Notes: generated from the letters alone by a model not told the origin. A stretch of DNA of 64,000 bases from Candidatus Parvarchaeum sp. (GCA_049965555.1 JBMFWF010000001.1:64001-128000), one strand, 5' to 3'. Positions 30,982 to 40,776 are shown, counted from the first letter of the stretch. Translations and numbers: made by a program.

Positions 30982-31847
30982 TAACCCTCTAAAATCATAT
31001 CTCCCATTAACTGATATTTCACCCTTATAAGAGAATTCTGGCTAAGTATCTTAGCCCACTTTTCAATTAAGTCCTTACTAACATTTAAAGATTGCGCTGC
31101 CTGTGATGTCGTAATTGAATGCTTTTCTTTGATTAACATAAGAAGTTTATTAAGAGGATTATTCGAAATTTCATTGTAATCCTCCGCATTTTTACTAGCG
31201 TTTTTACCAAAGTTAGTAGTTTCGAATATTTTCTTCTGCAGCTCAGACTGGGAGCTTAATTCGCCTGCAGGAGAAACCGCTTCCAGTGGCTGGATGACAT
31301 TCTCATTTTCCTTGCTAACAATATTCTTAGATGGCATAGCAGACTGTATCTTGTTCAGCTTAGCCTCTTTCTCCTCTATGGAAACTTTTGTATCGGTTTT
31401 AGTTCCAGGTTGTGCAACCGTTATCTTTTCTTCAGATAACTCTCCTGGCTTATAATTTGGACCGGAAGGCAATTCATGCGCGATTTTGTTGATTTTCTGC
31501 TCACGCGAAACTGCCGTATTTTTAGCTTCCTTTAAAACTGGTTGTGCAACTACTTCTTTTTCAGTGCTTTCTTGTTGCATCTTAAGCTTCTTGTCTATTC
31601 CAAACAAAGATATCTTCTTCCCAGGAGACAAATCTTCTGTTGGATTCACTTTATGAGTTAATGTGCTTGACTTTACCTTTTCCTTTGTTTCTGCAAGATC
31701 TATTTTTGGTACATCCGGTAATTCGACCCCCAATGTTGATGCAGCTCTAAATAAAGAGCTATTTATCAATGAAACATCCGAATAAATCTTATAAGAAGCA
31801 TCCAAGACATTCTGCGCTATCTGCTTTAAGTTATCCTTGCTCTCCAT
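30981..31847 (-). CDS. Hypothetical protein with long disordered linker and C-terminal winged HTH
   Basis: C-terminal LNKLLMLIKEK.SIT.SQAAQSLNVSKDLIEKWAKILSQNSLI; TAATG overlap with the KaiC-like gene. Confidence 0.75.
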   Translation of the reverse strand: MESKDNLKQIAQNVLDASYKIYSDVSLINSSLFRAASTLGVELPDVPKIDLAETKEKVKSSTLTHKVNPTEDLSPGKKISLFGIDKKLKMQQESTEKEVVAQPVLKEAKNTAVSREQKINKIAHELPSGPNYKPGELSEEKITVAQPGTKTDTKVSIEEKEAKLNKIQSAMPSKNIVSKENENVIQPLEAVSPAGELSSQSELQKKIFETTNFGKNASKNAEDYNEISNNPLNKLLMLIKEKHSITTSQAAQSLNVSKDLIEKWAKILSQNSLIRVKYQLMGDMILEG

Positions 31848-31902
31848 ACATATTACTTTAAATTAAAGGCTTAAATATATTTATCAATTCATGAATAAAG
31901 AT

Positions 31903-33438
31903 TTAAACCTTTATTGTGTTTAATTTGCTCTCTAAATTAGATATATATGATAAACTGCATACTGGCGCAGTATTATTTAAAGTCTCGCAGATCTGTGCTG
32001 TAAGTATGTTTGCTGCTCCTAAAACAGTCTGGCCAAATGAACCGCTTGTCGGATTTTCAATCGAATTAAGCATGTCCTGATGCGTACTGTATGCTGGATT
32101 CAAACCGTTTCTAGAAAGATATGTTCCCGCATTTATATTTGCACCATCAAATACGTACTGATTATTAATGTCAAAGAATGGAACTCCTCCTACTAAAAAG
32201 TTGTATATACCAAAACCATGATATGAATTAAATGCTTGACTTGCAAGCACCACATTATTGAAAACAAACGGTGAAACGGCAGCTATGCCTGTGACATTAA
32301 CCAAAAATGATGATCCAATCTCATCCAAAGGTATGAAATTTATGTAACTAGAGTTGTAATACGCTCCGACAAAGAAAGGTGTCGGATTATTGTCTCCGTA
32401 AGGGGCTGCACCATTTATAGAGGGGTTAGAAACCGCGTTATAAAATAAATTTGCATTATAATCAAATGTGAATGTTGGAACATTTCCGTCATTTGTAGCA
32501 GATCTATCATAAAATAAATTAGAAAAGTTGCCAAATCTCGATAATGCTACTATTATGGCCCACCGCATGCCAGCACAGAATGGACAACCTTGCGCTCCCA
32601 TATAAACGAAAGTAGGCTTGCCATTATAAGTCAGTAATGGTAATTTTAATTCTGAACTTCCGTTAACCTTAACAGTTGAATTGCCGCCGACCTTTATAGG
32701 GACTATATCATAATTATTACTGCCTATAAATAAAACGCAATAGGAAGGATTGGGCCCGTTTGAACTATTTCCTGCAGGCACGCATTCTATACTTCCACTT
32801 AATTGCGATTTTCCTACTTCTTCTAATTGAGTACTCAGATTTGAAAGTGCCTTTACATAATTAGGTTCCGACTTACCAATAGGCCCTTTGAAAAACTGAA
32901 GCGAAGTGGCTGAATTGTTTATCGCAGAAAAATTAGGAGATACTAACGAATTTGGGATTGGAGAACTGCCAAGATTCGAATTGGAAACTCCTGATAAATT
33001 TGCTGATGTGAACACAACTTTACCCCCTAGTGCAGATATTGTTGTTTTAGTAGGAACATGAATAATGAATAGAACTAAAATTATAACTACTATTACAACG
33101 ACTAATAAGCCTATTATCAAAGGTAGAATTAATCTATTTCTGTTATTTTGGCTTTTAGAATCAGAAACGGAATTGCTCTTTAATCTTTCATTTTCTTCTT
33201 TTAAGCGCTGGATCTCTTTAAGTCTTTCATTCTCTTTTCTTAGCTTTTCTAGCTCATCATCATTTGAATTAGGAGTAACTTCTTCCTTCTTCTCATTGTC
33301 CTTATTGGAAGTATCCTCCTGGATAGCGGTATTTCCGCTATTTTCATTAGCATCTGAAGGCTTTTCTGGCTGCAAGTCTTTATTTGTGTTTTCATTGACT
33401 TTATTATCAGCATTGTGCTCTTTGTCTTCTTCTGGCAT
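31903..33438 (-). CDS. Membrane-anchored DUF929-family thioredoxin-like protein
   Basis: Acidic N-tail, one TM, GKPTFVYMGAQGCPFCA.MRW....LSRFGNF, VPF, ANILTAQIC. Confidence 0.8.
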   Translation of the reverse strand: MPEEDKEHNADNKVNENTNKDLQPEKPSDANENSGNTAIQEDTSNKDNEKKEEVTPNSNDDELEKLRKENERLKEIQRLKEENERLKSNSVSDSKSQNNRNRLILPLIIGLLVVVIVVIILVLFIIHVPTKTTISALGGKVVFTSANLSGVSNSNLGSSPIPNSLVSPNFSAINNSATSLQFFKGPIGKSEPNYVKALSNLSTQLEEVGKSQLSGSIECVPAGNSSNGPNPSYCVLFIGSNNYDIVPIKVGGNSTVKVNGSSELKLPLLTYNGKPTFVYMGAQGCPFCAGMRWAIIVALSRFGNFSNLFYDRSATNDGNVPTFTFDYNANLFYNAVSNPSINGAAPYGDNNPTPFFVGAYYNSSYINFIPLDEIGSSFLVNVTGIAAVSPFVFNNVVLASQAFNSYHGFGIYNFLVGGVPFFDINNQYVFDGANINAGTYLSRNGLNPAYSTHQDMLNSIENPTSGSFGQTVLGAANILTAQICETLNNTAPVCSLSYISNLESKLNTIKV

Positions 33439-33471
33439 TTTTATGTTAATACCTGTCTGCTTAAATAAATT

Positions 33472-33768
33472 GCGGTATTGAATAGCCCGTTTTTTGTCAT
33501 CCCTCTGCTTTCGTTCGAAAGCTTCTCAGTTGGATGCAACAACATTCGACTAAGCGCCGGAATACCGGTTTGCACCCTGAAGGTCTGCCGTTTCATCCTC
33601 TTTTCAGCAATCAGCTTTCGCATCATCTATTTGCACTGAAAACAGGTATCGTTTCTGCTCAGTTGCCTGCCTTTTACAGCAATGCATTACTGCACTTCAG
33701 TTTTGAAGGTGAACGGACTTCCTCCCCCAACTCATTAAAAGCCAAGGGTCTGTTGTATACAATACCGC
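33472..33768 (-). ncRNA. rnpB: Archaeal RNase P RNA
   Basis: Minus strand: P1 GCGGTATTG/CAATACCGC, CR-I GAGGAAGTCCG, AGAAACG, TGAAACGG, GGTGCAA, TTAGTCGAATG, CR-V ACAAAAAACGGGCTAT. Confidence 0.93.
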
Positions 33769-33803
33769 TATTATATATAGCAATCTGCATTTAATAAATT
33801 ATC

Positions 33804-34094
33804 ATGGAAGTCAAAACTCTTGATGATAAAGACTTGAAGAAAGATGAAAGGCTTTACATAAAAGGCATTAGATTAATCGATTCAGTAAAAGTGGACTATA
33901 AAACGCAGAAGCACGTTTCTTTTTTAGTTCAAGGAGATAATGAACTACACAATGTGATGTATTTTGATGAAAAACCGCTGGATAAAAAATGGCAGTGCGA
34001 TTGCAAATGGTATACCCTTCAGGATAAACTGTGCTCGCATATAATTGCTGTAAATTTGGCAATAAAAAACGGAAAACTGAAAATGGATCAGTAA
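33804..34094 (+). CDS. SWIM zinc-finger protein
   Basis: CDC-x9-CSH (CxC...CxH). Confidence 0.82.
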   Translation: MEVKTLDDKDLKKDERLYIKGIRLIDSVKVDYKTQKHVSFLVQGDNELHNVMYFDEKPLDKKWQCDCKWYTLQDKLCSHIIAVNLAIKNGKLKMDQ

Positions 34095-34819
34095 TACAGG
34101 GACATATAAGAGGGAATATTCAAGCCAGTACCTAATTTATCCAATTTTACATTTTCTTCAGATAATTCATTGTCATGCCAGTAATCAACCGCAATCATGA
34201 ATGAAATCAATTTCTCATTTTTTGTCTTATCAAGGTTCTTTAATTCGCCATTTTCAAAAAGATATATCCTAGAGCCTATTACTTTATTCTTGTTTATAGT
34301 TTGCCTGTAAACTAACGTTATACCATTCACTTCCTTTTCACTGTAAAACCTTGCCTTTACTGTTTTGTTCAAATTCTCTTTCCCTGCTTTTACATCCGGG
34401 TATTCAAAGTACCTTTCGGATTTTATAATTGAATAATTGCTTAGGCTTTTGCTAGATGAACCGTCGTAAACTGAAAGATTAAGCAATGCCAAATTTGGTA
34501 TGGAGTCTTTTTCAGAGAAATTTTCAGTGTAAAGTTTAGATGAAACTACATATGAATTATTTGTCTCTTTCAGTTTTTCCATGTTTACAAGGAATAAATC
34601 GAGGTTTTTATCTAGATACATGAGATTTCTGCTCCCTTTCTTTGCTATTATGTGCTTGCTGTCTCCTTTGTTTTTATACCAGTTAAAAGTATCCGATGAC
34701 TGAATAACTGTTAAATCCTCATTTTCGGAGATAAGATTCAATATTTCCTTATCTGAAATGGTTATGTAATCCTGCTTTAGAAGGTCATCTAAAATACCTC
34801 TTTCATTTTTCGGTATCAT
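34088..34819 (-). CDS. Hypothetical protein
   Basis: ~243-aa ORF, no recognised motif. Confidence 0.7.
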   Translation of the reverse strand: MIPKNERGILDDLLKQDYITISDKEILNLISENEDLTVIQSSDTFNWYKNKGDSKHIIAKKGSRNLMYLDKNLDLFLVNMEKLKETNNSYVVSSKLYTENFSEKDSIPNLALLNLSVYDGSSSKSLSNYSIIKSERYFEYPDVKAGKENLNKTVKARFYSEKEVNGITLVYRQTINKNKVIGSRIYLFENGELKNLDKTKNEKLISFMIAVDYWHDNELSEENVKLDKLGTGLNIPSYMSLYY

Positions 34820-34852
34820 AATCAAATTTAAGAAGAAACCCTCTATAAATAC

Positions 34853-35317
34853 TTATTTTAACGAACCGGTACGCAATACCTTGCATACCCAGTCTTTTGG
34901 AGCTGATGCATTCTCCACTTCTTTAAGAAGAAGATCTGCCTGTTTTTGACTTTCTAACCTGTCTAGCTCCAAGTAAATGTAACCTTCTTCTGCCTCATTG
35001 TGCCCTTTTAATACACGAATGACCGCCTCCGTTTTCTTTTTTGCATCCTCAAGCTCATTTATTGAAATTAACCTTTTAACTTCCTCTAATAGTTTAAGTA
35101 TTGCACCATGCTCTGCCTCTAAGCCCTGTATCCTAAGTTTATTCTCTTCAAATATTTCAGGAAAAAGGTATTCCTCCTCCCAAAACATATGATTCCTAAG
35201 CGAAGAGACTATCAAAGCAAATTTATCTAAGTCAGGATTTAAACTCAACGAAAGCAGGAAATCGTTTAGATATAAATCAATCCGTTCATGATCTTTGGTC
35301 AAAACGCTATCCAACAT
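34853..35317 (-). CDS. Hemerythrin-like (HHE) domain protein
   Basis: DH, HMFWEEEYLFP, EH, HNEAEE..IY. Confidence 0.88.
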   Translation of the reverse strand: MLDSVLTKDHERIDLYLNDFLLSLSLNPDLDKFALIVSSLRNHMFWEEEYLFPEIFEENKLRIQGLEAEHGAILKLLEEVKRLISINELEDAKKKTEAVIRVLKGHNEAEEGYIYLELDRLESQKQADLLLKEVENASAPKDWVCKVLRTGSLK

Positions 35318-35403
35318 ACCAAATTAATAAGCAGTTATTATTTTAAAGCTATAAATTTTTATAAAAATTTAAAAAATAAATAGTGAAAATATTGTATAAT
35401 TAT

Positions 35404-36129
35404 ATGGTTAATTATAACATAATTGGAAATGAAGTGCAGTACCTCCAGGCAGAGATAAATAACGGAGAGTCTATTCTATGCGAGGCCGGTCATCTTATAT
35501 TCAAATCAACTGATGCAAAGGTGGAGACAAACGCAGGGGGTTTAAAAGGTGCTTTCTCTCATCTTCTAGCAGGCTCCGATGTATTTTTGCTTAAATTAGA
35601 CGGGCCGGGAACGATGGGCTTTTCAGGCTTCCTTCCTGGCAAAATTTTGGAAATCTCTTTGAATGAAAATGGGATACTTGCAGAATTCAACTCTTTCCTG
35701 TGTATGGATTCTTCTATTACTTATTCTACAAAATTCGCTGGAATTTGGAAAGGTTTATTAGGCGGAGAAGGTCTTTTCCTTGAAAAATTCTCTGGAAACG
35801 GAAAAATTTTCCTGCATGGTCACGGTCAAGTAATAGAATTTGACTTAAAAGAAGGAGAAAGCATAGATGCTGAGGCCGGCCACATACTTGCCTTCGAAGC
35901 TAATATGCAGTACTCAATAAACAGAATCGGTGGGATAAAAACAATGATTCTTGGTGGTTTAGAAGGAGAAGGCCTGTTCTTTGCAAGGATAACTGGTCCC
36001 GGAAGAGTTTGGCTTCATTCCATATCGCTTGCACAGCTTGCAGCGAAAATGGGAGGGGGCAATGCAGGAAATAGAAATGCCGCTGCGGTGGGAGGATTAG
36101 CTGGCCTCGCACTTGGTATGATGAGATGA
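35404..36129 (+). CDS. AIM24/TIGR00266 family protein
   Basis: GE.I.CEAG, GGEGLFLEK..G.G, GEGLF...TGPG.VW. Confidence 0.9.
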   Translation: MVNYNIIGNEVQYLQAEINNGESILCEAGHLIFKSTDAKVETNAGGLKGAFSHLLAGSDVFLLKLDGPGTMGFSGFLPGKILEISLNENGILAEFNSFLCMDSSITYSTKFAGIWKGLLGGEGLFLEKFSGNGKIFLHGHGQVIEFDLKEGESIDAEAGHILAFEANMQYSINRIGGIKTMILGGLEGEGLFFARITGPGRVWLHSISLAQLAAKMGGGNAGNRNAAAVGGLAGLALGMMR

Positions 36130-36254
36130 ATAGACGATATAATCTTTTAAAAATGACGTCATAAGCGTGTAATTTATTTTATTATATTACTTTAAACAAA
36201 ACAGGGTTTATAGAATATTTAACGCTATAAGACCTTAAAGAAGCTATAGAGTGT

Positions 36255-37415
36255 ATGGAGAAAAATAATTGCTATAGTAATTTTAATGAAATTTTTGAAA
36301 TTTCAAAAAAGGTATTCAGAATCGCAGAAATAGGTAGCAAAGAATTTAGGACATCTGCTTTGCTATCTAAATTTTTAAAAGATAATGGGTTCCGAGTGCA
36401 GCAGCCTTATAAAAACATGAAAACTTCCTTTAGAGCGGAATACGGTAAAGGGAAACCTGCTGTCTGCTTCTTGTGCGAAGAAGATGCTTTGCCAAACGGA
36501 CATTCTTGCGGGCATAATCTTATAGCCGCTTGGGCCGTTGGAAGCGCTTTAAAACTAAAAGAATGCGGGTATAAAGGAAAGATAGTAGTTATCGGTACGC
36601 CATCTGAGGAAGGGATAGGAGAGTATTCTGGAAGTAAGGACCTGCTTGTCAAAGCTGGAGCATTCAAAGACATAGACTTTGTAATAGGGGCGCACCCAGA
36701 TTCTCAGTGGAACGTCGGTTGCCAGTCACCTGCAGATTTAACAGCTGAAATTATTTTTGAAGGCAAAGCCAGCCATTTAGAAGAAGCAGAAAAAGGCGCA
36801 AACGCTCTTGATGCGCTTATTACAACTTATTTAAGCATAAGGAATGCCACTGCATCTTTCAATAAATACATGCATATTTTGGTTGGAATGTATATAAAAC
36901 AAGGCGGAATTGCTTCTAATGTTGTACCTGAAAAAACTATACTTGAAATAGATATAAGAAGCACTAAAAGCAGTTACTTAATGCATGCTTACAAACGGAT
37001 AAAAAAGATAGCGGAAGGGATTGGAAAAACCTATAAAACAAAAGTGATCATAAAGCAGATAGGGCCTGTGTATGAGGAGTATAAAAATGCTCCTGCAATA
37101 GATAAAATTTTATACGAAAAATTAAAAAACCAAGGCGTAAAAGCAGCAAAGCTTTATGAACAAAAAGACAAACAGATAGGGGCAACAGACGAAGCAAACG
37201 TCAGCAGAGTAGTTCCAACAGGCCACATTGATTTCAAAATAGCGCCTAAAGGCGTAGCTGGCCACTCTGATAAATTTAGATATTTTGCTGGAAGCAGAAA
37301 ATCATTTGACCCCTTAAAAAAATCGATAATAGCAACCGTTGACGCCTGCCTAGAGATAGAGAAGAATGAAAAAGTTAAAAAAGAAATTGAAGAATCGAAA
37401 ACCAAGAAAGGATAA
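36255..37415 (+). CDS. M20-family amidohydrolase/peptidase (AbgB/ACY1L2-like)
   Basis: EEDALP.GHSCGHN, GTPSEEG, HP, GANALDA, GATD..NVS. Confidence 0.9.
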   Translation: MEKNNCYSNFNEIFEISKKVFRIAEIGSKEFRTSALLSKFLKDNGFRVQQPYKNMKTSFRAEYGKGKPAVCFLCEEDALPNGHSCGHNLIAAWAVGSALKLKECGYKGKIVVIGTPSEEGIGEYSGSKDLLVKAGAFKDIDFVIGAHPDSQWNVGCQSPADLTAEIIFEGKASHLEEAEKGANALDALITTYLSIRNATASFNKYMHILVGMYIKQGGIASNVVPEKTILEIDIRSTKSSYLMHAYKRIKKIAEGIGKTYKTKVIIKQIGPVYEEYKNAPAIDKILYEKLKNQGVKAAKLYEQKDKQIGATDEANVSRVVPTGHIDFKIAPKGVAGHSDKFRYFAGSRKSFDPLKKSIIATVDACLEIEKNEKVKKEIEESKTKKG

Positions 37416-37568
37416 TATTAGGTAAAACTTTGGCTATCAAAAAATTCTTTGTATAATCTTTTAAAGCAGATAGGTAATAGTATTGCTTCTAGTTATATGC
37501 TTATTTGGCTTAGCTATAATTATAGGATTATTAAATTAAGAAGGATATCATTATATGCTCGATAAATA

Positions 37569-37642
37569 TGCCCTCGCCAGGATTTGAACCTGGGTGCCCG
37601 GTTTAGGAAACCGGTATTCTGTCCAAGCTAAACTACGAGGGC
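37569..37642 (-). tRNA. tRNA-Arg(CCT)
   Basis: GCCCTCG/CGAGGGC acceptor; CCGGT-TTCCTAA-ACCGG anticodon arm; A20; GGTTCAAATCC. Confidence 0.93.
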
Positions 37643-37727
37643 TATTTGGAATCTAACGCTTTTTTAGCTTAAATCATTTGTTTTTAAAACTATTAATATT
37701 ATCCATTGTCATATCTTTTTATTGTTT

Positions 37728-38390
37728 ATGGCAGGTAATAATCCGTTTATAAGCATAACATACTCAGAAAATGACACTATCGTTGATAGAGTCAATGAAA
37801 GAGTAGAATTATTGATGCTTGTAAATGAAGCAATGGAAAGAGGAGGAGTAGTAGTACTTAAAGGTGCCCCGGGCATGGGCAAAAGTACTTTACTAAATGC
37901 TGTTGAAAAAGAACTGAAGAGATCAAAAAATGTAGACATAATGAAGGAGGAATTCACCCCTGCAGTTTACAATAAAATAAGAAATCTAAATATAAATCCT
38001 ACGAAAAAAATGTTGGTTGAACTTGATGATTTCAATAACATAGAAATGCTGGATAAGTTGAGCCAGCAAAGAGTAATTGATCTCTTGTACAACCTTAGCC
38101 AAAAAATTGCAATTTTAATAGTGGAAAACAGGGAAGAAGGAATCGAGAAAGAGCTTAAAGCACAGAGCAAACAATTTAAAAAGTACCAGCTTAACGGACT
38201 TTCAAAAGAGGACATAAAGCAGATAATAATAAACAGGCTGAATTTAGTCAGGGCTACAAAATCCGATTCGTTGGAGCCTTTTACTGAAGCAGAGTATGAA
38301 AAGATATACAAGAAAGCAAGGGGAAATCCGAGGATTGCCCTGCTGATATGTTCTGCATTATACGATCAGAAAACAAACACTATAATATAA
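37728..38390 (+). CDS. ExeA/AAA_22-like P-loop ATPase
   Basis: NPF start, GAPGMGKST, VELDD, PFT...IY...GNPR.AL..C lid. Confidence 0.8.
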   Translation: MAGNNPFISITYSENDTIVDRVNERVELLMLVNEAMERGGVVVLKGAPGMGKSTLLNAVEKELKRSKNVDIMKEEFTPAVYNKIRNLNINPTKKMLVELDDFNNIEMLDKLSQQRVIDLLYNLSQKIAILIVENREEGIEKELKAQSKQFKKYQLNGLSKEDIKQIIINRLNLVRATKSDSLEPFTEAEYEKIYKKARGNPRIALLICSALYDQKTNTII

Positions 38391-38408
38391 AGAGAACTTG
38401 AGAAAGGT

Positions 38409-39284
38409 ATGAAAACAAACATCAAGACAGCCTTGGTGCTCTTAAGCATATTTACAATAGTTCTTGTAGCAAGCAGCTTTTTTGCAAGCGTAAATTTAAA
38501 GTTATTTTCTGTTATTTCATTGCAGACAGGAATAAACTACAATGTAACTTCTCCTTTCTACTATCTAATCTACCTGATAATTGCGGGTTTGCTAATACCG
38601 ACCGCTGTTATACTGCTTCTTGTAAAATATAAAAAATTAAGGATAATAAACATTGTAATAATACTTTTGTTTTTGTTTGTAATGTATGCATTTTCAGATC
38701 TTTTCCTTCTTGATATATTCGTTTTCCCCTTGAATGGAAACTTAAGTTCAAGTAGCAGCTTGCTTGCCGTCTTTTCGCTTTTAGTCTATGTATTGCCAGT
38801 GGTACTTACAGTATACTATTTCAAGTATGCCGGAAAGTACGCAAAGGATGTTTTGAACGTGATTTTGTTCGTGTCCATCTCTGCCATCATATCTCTTTAT
38901 TTAAACATAATAACTGCATTGATACTAATCGCCGTAATAAGCATTTACGATTATATTTCTGTATTCATAACAAAGCACATGCTTACGCTTGCGAAGGCCT
39001 TCTCCGGCAATTCCTTTGGGGGCATATCCCTTATGGCAAGGAAAGCAAAAAAGCAGGAAATATTCCTTGGAGGCGGAGACCTGGCTTTCCCAGCCATTCT
39101 TGCAAATGAATTTTTCCTTCATTATAATCTTTTTTCTGGGATATTTGCAGTAATAGGCGCGGTAGCAGGGCTTTCAATAATACTTTTCTTTGGCAAGAAA
39201 GGAAAAGCTTATCCTGCGATGGCAGCCATAGGGCCAATGCAGTTCGCTTTCCTCGGTCTGTATTTCCTTATAAGATTTATCTGA
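38409..39284 (+). CDS. Presenilin/SPP-like GxGD intramembrane aspartyl protease
   Basis: YD.ISV..TKHM..LA, LGGGD, PAL-like YPAM; ~9 TM. Confidence 0.9.
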   Translation: MKTNIKTALVLLSIFTIVLVASSFFASVNLKLFSVISLQTGINYNVTSPFYYLIYLIIAGLLIPTAVILLLVKYKKLRIINIVIILLFLFVMYAFSDLFLLDIFVFPLNGNLSSSSSLLAVFSLLVYVLPVVLTVYYFKYAGKYAKDVLNVILFVSISAIISLYLNIITALILIAVISIYDYISVFITKHMLTLAKAFSGNSFGGISLMARKAKKQEIFLGGGDLAFPAILANEFFLHYNLFSGIFAVIGAVAGLSIILFFGKKGKAYPAMAAIGPMQFAFLGLYFLIRFI

Positions 39285-39329
39285 TATAACACCGTTATAT
39301 ATTTAAATTGGCATTGATTTAAAGAAAAA

Positions 39330-39635
39330 ATGGAAGTCAAGGTGAAGGAAGAAGACGTCATAAAAGGCTTGAAACAGTGCTTTGACCCTGAAATACCTGC
39401 AAACATATATGATTTAGGATTGATATACAAGATAGAGATAGTTGGAACAGAAGTAAAAATAACAATGACGTTGACTTCGCCCTTCTGTCCTGTCACAGAT
39501 TATTTAGTCGAGGATATAAAAGGAAAGGTAATGGATTTTTCAGGTGCTACAAAGGTAGACTTGGATATAACTTTTGATCCTCCCTGGACTAAGGATAAAA
39601 TGACGGATGAGGCTAGAGCGGAATTAGGCATATGA
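39330..39635 (+). CDS. DUF59/SufT-like Fe-S cluster assembly protein
   Basis: DPEI..NIYDLGLIY, MTLTSPFCP, FDPPW. Confidence 0.93.
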   Translation: MEVKVKEEDVIKGLKQCFDPEIPANIYDLGLIYKIEIVGTEVKITMTLTSPFCPVTDYLVEDIKGKVMDFSGATKVDLDITFDPPWTKDKMTDEARAELGI

Positions 39636-39668
39636 GACTGCCTTTTTTATTTAAACAATATTTCTAAT

Positions 39669-40772
39669 TTAATCTAGGAAATTTTTATCCTTTAATTTTT
39701 CAGGCAGATAAGTCTCTGTCATAAATGATAGACCTTTTGCAGTAAATGCATCCAACTCAACTTTAGCGCCTAGCTTCTCCATCTTATCAAGTTCTTCCAT
39801 CCATTTTTTGTTGTTTTTGAACCAATCATAATTTTTGATCTGCTTTATCCTGGCCATGTCAACATCTTTAAATTTGATAAGATGCCTTCTCAATCCATAC
39901 TTGTCTATGTCTTCCATTGTCAATCCCATGAACTTTGCTTCAGGCAAGGAAAGCTTGTCTGAGACATGCGCTAAGGCAATTGAACCGAATTTAATGGCAG
40001 AATAAATGTAAACTCCCCATATATCTCCATCTGTTAAAACATAAACCGGTAAATTGTGCTCCCTGCTAAGCCTTTGAAGCAGCCTTCTTATCCCTCTTGT
40101 TGCCTGCCCCTGGCTTGCTATTATGATACAATGCAGCTTTTTCCAAGCTTTATCTTCATTAAGCCTGTCCCATATAGTCGCTTTCTCCATGTAAATTACA
40201 AATTTAGCATCAACCTTCTTGAATATGAGGTCTTCTACATTGCTTGGGACGGCCCATCCGCCGCTTCCCATTTTGGACCAGTCTATTACATCTCCTCTGT
40301 CCTCTATTATCACTTCTCCTGCGACTGCCCCATTTTTGTTTGCATTTATGTTCAACTGCTCTCTCGTTAAATCCGTTATCAGTTCCAAGTCTTCTATTGC
40401 CTTGTTTGTCTCTGTCTGGTCATCAACTACATCTATCTTAGTTCCAGGTATAGTTCTTCTTACTTGGTAAAAGGCTGACCTTAAGCTTGTGTGCTTGTCG
40501 CTTTTTATGAGTTCTCTGCTTACAGCCGCCATTGCCATAGTCTGTATGAATTTCCTGACATGCCCGACATTCAAAAAGTACCTTCTTGATAAACCGCTGC
40601 CAAGTGTTATCATCCTGTTCTCTTCATCGTATTTTACATTGGAAAGGCCTCTTACTGGCAAAGTCAAGTAAGGATTCTCTCCCTTCTCTATCTGTTGATA
40701 AACGTCTTTTCCGAGCTTCTCAAGTATGCTTAACCGCTTTTTCCGTGATTCCTCAATTTCCTTATTGTCCAT
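39669..40772 (-). CDS. top6A: DNA topoisomerase VI subunit A
   Basis: Catalytic Tyr region SLRSAFY, EK, GQATR, TOPRIM DGD, ELDA. Confidence 0.95.
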   Translation of the reverse strand: MDNKEIEESRKKRLSILEKLGKDVYQQIEKGENPYLTLPVRGLSNVKYDEENRMITLGSGLSRRYFLNVGHVRKFIQTMAMAAVSRELIKSDKHTSLRSAFYQVRRTIPGTKIDVVDDQTETNKAIEDLELITDLTREQLNINANKNGAVAGEVIIEDRGDVIDWSKMGSGGWAVPSNVEDLIFKKVDAKFVIYMEKATIWDRLNEDKAWKKLHCIIIASQGQATRGIRRLLQRLSREHNLPVYVLTDGDIWGVYIYSAIKFGSIALAHVSDKLSLPEAKFMGLTMEDIDKYGLRRHLIKFKDVDMARIKQIKNYDWFKNNKKWMEELDKMEKLGAKVELDAFTAKGLSFMTETYLPEKLKDKNFLD

Positions 40773-40776
40773 AGCT

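Noticed and set aside
33441-33794. ORFs 33441-33626 and 33534-33794
   Set aside because: They overlap the RNase P RNA, which explains the sequence.
37474-37539. Hydrophobic reading frame VIVLLLVICLFGLAIIIGLLN after an in-frame TAG (possible readthrough or pseudogene)
   Set aside because: No start codon and a further in-frame stop just upstream; too short to support.
37416-37642. Integrated element at tRNA-Arg (also considered for tRNA-Thr and tRNA-Gln)
   Set aside because: I found no duplicated tRNA 3' end, integrase or viral genes by eye.
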